From Promethearchaeota archaeon (GTDB lineage Archaea > Asgardarchaeota > Lokiarchaeia > Sigyniarchaeales > SOKP01): a stretch of 64,000 nucleotides of DNA. The DNA lies in assembly GCA_019894975.1 (NCBI GenBank), contig JAGXNO010000009.1:1-64000 (forward strand), written 5' to 3'. A model generated the notes under the pieces. The model saw only the letters and a list, made by a program, of their open reading frames with translations, had not been told where the DNA came from and ran no database searches. This document shows positions 57,796 through 64,000 of this stretch, one piece after another. The translations under genes were made by a program, and so were the position numbers. Position 1 is the first letter of the stretch, and each line of letters starts with the position of its first letter.

Positions 57796-58848
57796 TTGAA
57801 TTTGATGGAAAAAATAAATGAAAAATTAACTGTTGTAATCTATGGGATTGGTGGAATAGGAGCAACTCTTGGAGGATGGCTGACTCAAAATTATGATAAA
57901 GTGTACTTATTGGCTCGTGGTGATAATGCTAAGGCACTAAAGAGTAACGGCTTAATTCTTAAAAATATAGTTAGCGATAATATTGAAACTATTAAAGTAA
58001 ATGTAATTGAAGATCTAAATGAAATCCCAAATGTAGATGTTGTTGTAATCACCGTTAAAAATTACGATTTAGAAGAGGTAGCGATGGATATTTCCGATAA
58101 ATTAGGAGATAGTCCTACAGTCGTAGGTTTACAAAATGGGTTTGAGAATCAAAAAGTATTACCAAAATATTTTACGAAAATTGTGTATGCTGTTGTCGTT
58201 CAATCTGGGTGGAGTGAGGAACCTGGAAAATTTGGAACCAGGGGAAAAGGACACCTAACTCTTGGCACTCCCGAAAATCAAAATCTTGAAATTACAGAAA
58301 AGATTGCTAAAATTTTAAACCTTGGAATTTCAACGATGACTACTCAAGAATTTCAAGACGCCGCTCATTCAAAATTAATAATTAACCTTTCAAATGCAAC
58401 TTTTACCCTAATAAGTTCAGAACTCAAAGATGATGATGCAATTTTCAAGCTTTGGAATATTTTTATGAATGTATACATTGAAGGTGTGGAGGTAGTAAAA
58501 GCAGCGGGGTATAAAGAATATAGGTTAAAGGGGTTACCTTCTTGGGATGTAATGGCATTAGGTAGAAATCTTGATAAAAACACGGCAATCAATAATTTCG
58601 GTCGAAATCTTAAATACTCATGGTTCAACAGCATGGCTCAAGACATGATTCATCGAAAAAAGAACCAATCCGAGCTTGATTCGCTAACGGGATATTTAAT
58701 AAATTTAGCAGATTCATTAGAAATTAAGATTCCTTATAATAGAATGATCTATAAGCTCAGTAAGGAGCAATTTAAAAAGGTTCCTTACCAGCCTTTACCA
58801 GTAGAGGTTGTTTGGGAAAAGATTATTGATGAACTAAACAGAAAATAA
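57796..58848 (+). CDS. Ketopantoate reductase (PanE/ApbA) family protein
   Basis: YGIGGIG, ITVKNY, LQNG, KLIIN, SMAQD and SELD..TGY...PYN. Confidence 0.88.
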   Translation: MNLMEKINEKLTVVIYGIGGIGATLGGWLTQNYDKVYLLARGDNAKALKSNGLILKNIVSDNIETIKVNVIEDLNEIPNVDVVVITVKNYDLEEVAMDISDKLGDSPTVVGLQNGFENQKVLPKYFTKIVYAVVVQSGWSEEPGKFGTRGKGHLTLGTPENQNLEITEKIAKILNLGISTMTTQEFQDAAHSKLIINLSNATFTLISSELKDDDAIFKLWNIFMNVYIEGVEVVKAAGYKEYRLKGLPSWDVMALGRNLDKNTAINNFGRNLKYSWFNSMAQDMIHRKKNQSELDSLTGYLINLADSLEIKIPYNRMIYKLSKEQFKKVPYQPLPVEVVWEKIIDELNRK

Positions 58849-58903
58849 TATTAATCTTAAACAAATACCTACTACATATAATTATTAAAGGGGATATTAA
58901 GAA

Positions 58904-60109
58904 ATGAGTGAAATTAAAGGTACTCGAATTTTGGGTGCTCCACAAGCTAGATTTACAAATCCTATAAAAGATGTTCATACGGCGGTTTTACCAATAGCAG
59001 GATGTGCATGGGTAGAAACTACCGAGGGTGTTGTACTTATTGATGCAATTGCAAGGGTTGATGTAGGAAGGGAAGTATTTAAAAAGATTGAAGGAAAGAT
59101 TAAATATATTATATATACTCATGGTCATGGTGATCATGTAGGTGGTACAGCTGCTTACTTAAAGGACAACCCCGAGATTATAGCCAGCAAGTATTTACCA
59201 GATCGGTTAGATAAATATAAAATGCTAGCACCTTACAGAGCCCATATTACAGCAGTTCAATTTAATATTCCGGAAATTGTTAGGGCTCCTGAATTTGTGT
59301 ATCCCACTAAAACATTTTTAGGAGATATGACAATAACCCTTGGAGATAAAACATTTGAGCTTCACGCTGTTCGAGCAGAAACGGATGATGCAGTGTGGGT
59401 GTATGTTCCAGAACTTAAAGCTGCATTTATAGGAGATCTTATCATTGCGGGTCTGCCAAATGTAGGTAATCCCTGGAAACCCACTCGGTTCGCGTTGAAT
59501 TGGGCAAGAGCTTTAGAAGAGGTAAGAGCTCTTAATCCTGAGCTTTTGTTTTGTAATGGTGCTGGTTATTATTATACAGGAGAGAAAGCACTAAAGATTT
59601 TAGATTATAACATAGAAGCAATACATTCTCTTCATGATCAAGTAATCGAACACATCAATAAAGGAACCCACATTACTGAAATGATTCACGAAATTAAATT
59701 ACCAGATCACCTCGCAAAAAACCCGTACTTAAGACCACTATATTCGAGAATTGAGTTTTTTGTATTTAATGTGTATCGCTGGTATCATGGCTATTTTGAC
59801 GGTAATCCGGCCCATCTCTTACCTAGACCAGAAAAAGAAGTCAAGAGAGAACTTAACAAACTTATTGGAGACTCTGAGAAAATTATTAAAAGAGTTACGG
59901 AACTATTGGATCAAGATCAAGCCCAGTTAGCATTAGAAATCTTAGATGTCTTAATTCAAGCAGATCCTGAAAATATTGAAGGAAGAAAGACTAGAATTAA
60001 ACTCCTTGAAAAGCTTGGTAAAGAAGATTATTGTTTAATGTCTCGTAATGCTTGGGTTTATTACATAGATAAAGACAAAAAATTTCTCAAAAATAAGGGA
60101 GAATTATAA
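58904..60109 (+). CDS. Alkyl/aryl-sulfatase-like MBL-fold hydrolase, copy 2
   Basis: THGHGDH; close paralog of 53863-55071. Confidence 0.85.
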   Translation: MSEIKGTRILGAPQARFTNPIKDVHTAVLPIAGCAWVETTEGVVLIDAIARVDVGREVFKKIEGKIKYIIYTHGHGDHVGGTAAYLKDNPEIIASKYLPDRLDKYKMLAPYRAHITAVQFNIPEIVRAPEFVYPTKTFLGDMTITLGDKTFELHAVRAETDDAVWVYVPELKAAFIGDLIIAGLPNVGNPWKPTRFALNWARALEEVRALNPELLFCNGAGYYYTGEKALKILDYNIEAIHSLHDQVIEHINKGTHITEMIHEIKLPDHLAKNPYLRPLYSRIEFFVFNVYRWYHGYFDGNPAHLLPRPEKEVKRELNKLIGDSEKIIKRVTELLDQDQAQLALEILDVLIQADPENIEGRKTRIKLLEKLGKEDYCLMSRNAWVYYIDKDKKFLKNKGEL

Positions 60110-60136
60110 ATTAAATTTTTAATAAAGTGAATAAAC

Positions 60137-60622
60137 TTGAACCTAGAAAAGAGCATTAATCAATATCCCAAAGAGTTAATTACTATTGAAAAAATAATGG
60201 ACGACTCTCTTGAAACGACAAAAGTTATAACAATTATAAACGATGAATTTGAAGAAGACGCAGTCAAGACGGCCATATCTTTCATGGATAACTTTAACAA
60301 TCAAGATAATAGAGGATGTTCAAATGCCTGTAATTTTCCTCATGCTCGTGTTGGGAAAGGTGGGAGGTTAGTCGTCACTGAAAAACCTCCAATTCAAAAC
60401 GAAGAGTTTTTCGAGTGGTTTACAAATGTATACGGTTGGAATCATAGTTGTTGGGATTATCGACAGGTTATTCAAAGTGACCTAAATAAAGTACATCTCC
60501 AAGTCCAATTTTCACGATATCGAGCAGATGGTAGTAGAATTGGTGTTTTTCCTTCCCTTTGGGTTATTACAAATCAAGATGGGCATTGGGGTATAAAAAT
60601 GCGGTCAAGTTTTGCACCTTAA
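60137..60622 (+). CDS. NTF2/SnoaL-like fold protein
   Basis: FM.NFNNQD...FPH...WNHS...VQFSRYRADG...WVIT..DGHWGI. Confidence 0.7.
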   Translation: MNLEKSINQYPKELITIEKIMDDSLETTKVITIINDEFEEDAVKTAISFMDNFNNQDNRGCSNACNFPHARVGKGGRLVVTEKPPIQNEEFFEWFTNVYGWNHSCWDYRQVIQSDLNKVHLQVQFSRYRADGSRIGVFPSLWVITNQDGHWGIKMRSSFAP

Positions 60623-60769
60623 TTCCAAATTTTATACATCATATTCTTTTATAAATTGAGAAAGGTAAAAAAGAACCATTTTTATTCCTATTCCTAATTA
60701 TAGTATATATAAAACATATCATTAGACATCGCGAAAAATTAAAATTATAGATAGAGGTAGGATGCTGAA

Positions 60770-62473
60770 ATGGGTTTAGTTAATGGTGGGGCCTTATTTG
60801 GTAAGGCTTTAGTAAATGAAGGTATTGAAAAGGCATTTGTTCTGGTCGGTGGACACATAATGCCCATCCTCCATGGTATGCGGAATGAGGGAATTGAGAT
60901 CACCGATATGCGTCATGAATGTGCTGCTATGTATGCGGCTATTGCATGTGCACGTGCTTCAGGGAAACCCGTCGCTGTCGTAACTACAGCAGGTCCGGGT
61001 GTTTTAAATACAGTTGCGGGAATGCTCGAAGCACAAGGGTGTTGCATGCCGATCATCCTTATTGGTGGTGCGGCTTCTATGGATGGTATGAAGAGGGGCG
61101 AGCTTCAGGACCAACCAACGCTGAATGTTCAAGAAACCTGTTCAAAGTGGGCCCACAGAATCACCAATACTACCAGTATACCGTATTTCGTAGCAATGGC
61201 ACTTCGTCACGCAATGGATGGAACACCAGGATCTGTATATCTCGAAGCTCCTGTAGATATTGTGCATGGGGAGGTAGACGAAGAAAAAGTTGAATTCCCC
61301 GTTAATTCTCGAGCGAAGGCGATGCCTGGTGGTGATTCAAAGTTGATCGAATCAGCTGCAAATCTTCTTGTTAATGCTAAGCGCCCGGTGGTAATAATTG
61401 GAGATGGAGCGCGATTTAGCATTGGTGATCATGCAGGTGATATTACTGCTCTTTCGGATTATTTAAAAATGCCTATAAATGTTAGAGGTTCTGCTTGCAA
61501 GGGACTATTCGGAAATGAATATGAAAACTTGTTGCTCAGATCAGGAGGACTCTTACAAGCTGACGTAGTGCTGAGCTTGGGAGTTCGGTTTGACTTTGGC
61601 ATCGGTTATGGAAGAATTTTTCAACTTGATACCGATATTATCCAAGTACATACGGATTCAAAGCAAATAGGCTTCAACCTCAGAGCAGACATTGGTATCA
61701 TAGGAGGAGTTGGTGCTGTGGCAAAAAAAATACTAGATATTGTTAAAGCTAAAAGAGATAAACCGATAGCTGTTTCTTGGACTAGTCAACCGAAAACCAG
61801 TGTTCCTGAGAGTTTACCAGAAAGGTTTTACACAGAAGGAAGCCCTGTTCACCCATCACGTTTGGTAGCTGAAGTTGTGAAATTTCTTGATGGGGAAGGT
61901 GCGGATTGGGATTTTGTACTTGATGGTGGTGATATTTCTGTTCATATGTTCGACTCTGGAGCCATGTTAGCCCATCGTTCCGGTCAAATTCATACTGGTA
62001 GTCCTAATGGTATGATCGGTATGGGACCAGGTCAAGTCGTAGGAACGTGGATTGTAAATCGCAAACCGGTATTGCTACTCACAGGCGATGGTAGTTTTGG
62101 TTTCTATTCCATGGAAATGGATACGATGGCAAGACTAGGGATTCCTGCGGTAGTTGTGATTTCTAATGACGGAGCCTGGGGGATGATTCGGTTGGATGAG
62201 AAACACAATACCCCCGAAGAAGTAGAAAGCTATGGTCATTGTAATACGGAACTCATCGATGCTCAAGGTAAAATCCGGGCTTATGAATTAATGGTAGCAA
62301 TGTGGGGTGGACATGGTGAGATGGTTTGCGATCCTGAAGAGATTATACCCGCTATTAAACGAGCAGCAGCCAATGGTAAACCGTCGATTATCAACGTTGA
62401 AGTAGACCGGGAAGTTTTATCGTCCTGGACCCAAAGAACTGCTGATGCTGCCGCCCAACGGTCAAAAAAATAA
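60770..62473 (+). CDS. ThDP-dependent enzyme (2-hydroxyacyl-CoA lyase / acetolactate synthase-like family)
   Basis: LVGGHI, RHE, TAGPGVLN and the ThDP motif GDGSFG...SNDGAWG. Confidence 0.9.
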   Translation: MGLVNGGALFGKALVNEGIEKAFVLVGGHIMPILHGMRNEGIEITDMRHECAAMYAAIACARASGKPVAVVTTAGPGVLNTVAGMLEAQGCCMPIILIGGAASMDGMKRGELQDQPTLNVQETCSKWAHRITNTTSIPYFVAMALRHAMDGTPGSVYLEAPVDIVHGEVDEEKVEFPVNSRAKAMPGGDSKLIESAANLLVNAKRPVVIIGDGARFSIGDHAGDITALSDYLKMPINVRGSACKGLFGNEYENLLLRSGGLLQADVVLSLGVRFDFGIGYGRIFQLDTDIIQVHTDSKQIGFNLRADIGIIGGVGAVAKKILDIVKAKRDKPIAVSWTSQPKTSVPESLPERFYTEGSPVHPSRLVAEVVKFLDGEGADWDFVLDGGDISVHMFDSGAMLAHRSGQIHTGSPNGMIGMGPGQVVGTWIVNRKPVLLLTGDGSFGFYSMEMDTMARLGIPAVVVISNDGAWGMIRLDEKHNTPEEVESYGHCNTELIDAQGKIRAYELMVAMWGGHGEMVCDPEEIIPAIKRAAANGKPSIINVEVDREVLSSWTQRTADAAAQRSKK

Positions 62474-62628
62474 ATATCTAATTATCTATTATATTTCTTA
62501 TTTTGTTCAAATGCATTAAGAATATTATTAATTAAACGTTTCACCCTCGATTGGAAATAATATAACCTTTATTATTTAAATTTCATTAAAGATTGGTAAT
62601 CAATTAACAAAGATGATATTGATTTATA

Positions 62629-63783
62629 ATGATACAAACAAAATTCCAAGAAATAATAGGGACAAAATATCCCATAATTCAAGCAGGTATGGGTCCTTAC
62701 GCTACAACTAAACTCTGTATAGCCGTAGCTAAAGAAGGTGGACTAGGTTTGATATCAACAATCGGTATGGCAGGTCCAGATGTGAATTTTATACCTGAAG
62801 AAGATCGAAAACTTGATTTTGGAGTTGGTGGAAGTCCAAAAAATGTCCTCAAACAAACAATAAGATATGTTTATGAGAAACTAAGTGATTTTCCTAAAGC
62901 TAAATTCGGTGTTAATATACCAATTGCTAAAGAATTTACTATGGTATCACGACAGTTTATGAAAGCAGTTATCGAAGTATTTGAAGAAACCCCTGAAGTG
63001 AAGAAGCAATTAAAGGTTATGGTTACATCTGCAGGGGATCCTCTACCTTGGGCTATAGATGCAAAGGAAAAAGGATCAAAAAGAGCATTTCTTGAGGTTA
63101 AGAAAGAATTACCTTCAGTAGTATGGTGTCAAGTCTGCCCTAATGTGAGAGGGGCAAAAAGAGCTGAAAGATCGGGAGTAGATGTTATTATTGCTTCAGG
63201 AAGAGAAGGAGGTGCTCATTGCGCTTGGAGAGATACATCCTCAATGGTCCTTCTCCCCGAAGTAGTGAGGACTGTCAATCTACCTGTAGTTGGAGCAGGA
63301 GGGTTTGCTGATGGGGCATCTTTAGCCGCAGCTCTTGCTTTAGGAGCAATGGGAGTTCAGATGGGAACCCGTTTCATTGCAACTCAAGAAGGTGATTTTG
63401 AGCAAATGTGGAAGGAGCAACTCGTAAAGGCCACTGAATTCGATACAATTGTTGGAAGAGGAATATTTGGTCCAATGAGATTTTTAATTAATCGTGCGTC
63501 TCTTGAAGTTATAGATGAAACTATAAAAGGTGCTTCAGATTTGTATCGCGGAAAACCATGTCCTTCAACAGATGAAATTCGTATTTTAGAAGAACGAGGT
63601 TTCAGAAAATTAGTAGATGAGGATGAGAATGCAAGCCTTATGAACGCGGGTGTTGTAACAGGTAGAATTCATTCAATCCCAACTGTTCATGAGTTAATTC
63701 AAAGTATTATGACTGAAGCAGAAGAAATTATTGTAGGAATGTCAGAAAATTTAATAAAAAAAGAAAATCCAATAGTAGAGTGA
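62629..63783 (+). CDS. Nitronate monooxygenase / FabK-like enoyl reductase family, copy 2
   Basis: YPIIQAGM, EGGAH, GAGGFAD and QMGTRF. Confidence 0.88.
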   Translation: MIQTKFQEIIGTKYPIIQAGMGPYATTKLCIAVAKEGGLGLISTIGMAGPDVNFIPEEDRKLDFGVGGSPKNVLKQTIRYVYEKLSDFPKAKFGVNIPIAKEFTMVSRQFMKAVIEVFEETPEVKKQLKVMVTSAGDPLPWAIDAKEKGSKRAFLEVKKELPSVVWCQVCPNVRGAKRAERSGVDVIIASGREGGAHCAWRDTSSMVLLPEVVRTVNLPVVGAGGFADGASLAAALALGAMGVQMGTRFIATQEGDFEQMWKEQLVKATEFDTIVGRGIFGPMRFLINRASLEVIDETIKGASDLYRGKPCPSTDEIRILEERGFRKLVDEDENASLMNAGVVTGRIHSIPTVHELIQSIMTEAEEIIVGMSENLIKKENPIVE

Positions 63784-63793
63784 GAAAAAAAAA

Positions 63794-64000
63794 ATGAAAG
63801 AATTAAAAGAATGTGTAGTAGTTGATGCCGTTAGAACACCAATAGGAAAATCAGGGCGTGCCCAAATGAAGAAAGTTGGTGGAGCATTTAGGGAATGTTC
63901 GGCTCAGGACATGTTGGCTACAGTTTTAAGATCGATAGTAGATAGGACAAAAGAAAAATATCCAAATTTTGATCCTAAAGAAATTGAAGATTTACAGGTG
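63794..64000 (+). CDS. Thiolase (acetyl-CoA C-acyltransferase), 3'-truncated by the window edge
   Basis: MKELKECVVVDAVRTPIGK...GAFRE.SAQD...DPKEIED; not in the ORF track. Confidence 0.88.
   Translation, partial: MKELKECVVVDAVRTPIGKSGRAQMKKVGGAFRECSAQDMLATVLRSIVDRTKEKYPNFDPKEIEDLQV

Noticed and set aside
18-61422. Numerous 60-160 aa ORFs antisense to or overlapping real genes (e.g. 994-1365, 13629-14045, 21631-22002, 23152-23622, 60919-61293)
   Set aside because: They are shadow frames of well-supported genes, with no motifs or SD sites.
1-64000. Genome-wide reassignment of TGA to an amino acid as the explanation for the UGA mini-ORFs
   Set aside because: TGA is used as a normal stop in full-length genes (e.g. 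ends at 1576, 11521, 28969, 52780, 63783), so any read-through must be site-specific.

Overview
AT-rich, gene-dense chromosomal window that looks like an Asgard archaeon (Lokiarchaeia/Promethearchaeota). Supporting signs are an archaeal SRP RNA with Alu domain and helix 6, archaeal uS10, GGAGGTGA-type Shine-Dalgarno sites, and longin-like, RING and Bud23-like proteins. No mobile elements or CRISPR arrays were seen. Content includes tRNA-Gly(GCC), SRP RNA, a box C/D sRNA, housekeeping and metabolic genes, a long nitrogen/amino-acid block (gdhA, nfnAB, guaA, pepF, FMN-type glutamate synthase, Lrp, glnA, carAB), and an acyl-CoA/sulfatase catabolic cluster at the right end. Highlights the ORF track misses: (1) two tandem, paralogous ~50-codon ORFs (20620-20766 and 20971-21132, minus strand), both with an in-frame TGA at codon 21, aligning without gaps on both sides of it and followed by the same covarying 3' hairpin, which makes them a candidate new small selenoprotein/UGA-recoding system; (2) at least five genes, including rpsJ and carB, that appear to start at ATA or ATT behind a Shine-Dalgarno site; (3) a fused DppB-DppC permease missing both EAA coupling loops; (4) an SRP RNA whose helix 8 lacks the GNRA-capped tip; (5) Whirly-like, Bud23-like and C4C4-RING proteins. 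All family assignments come from motif recognition by eye; no database search was run.
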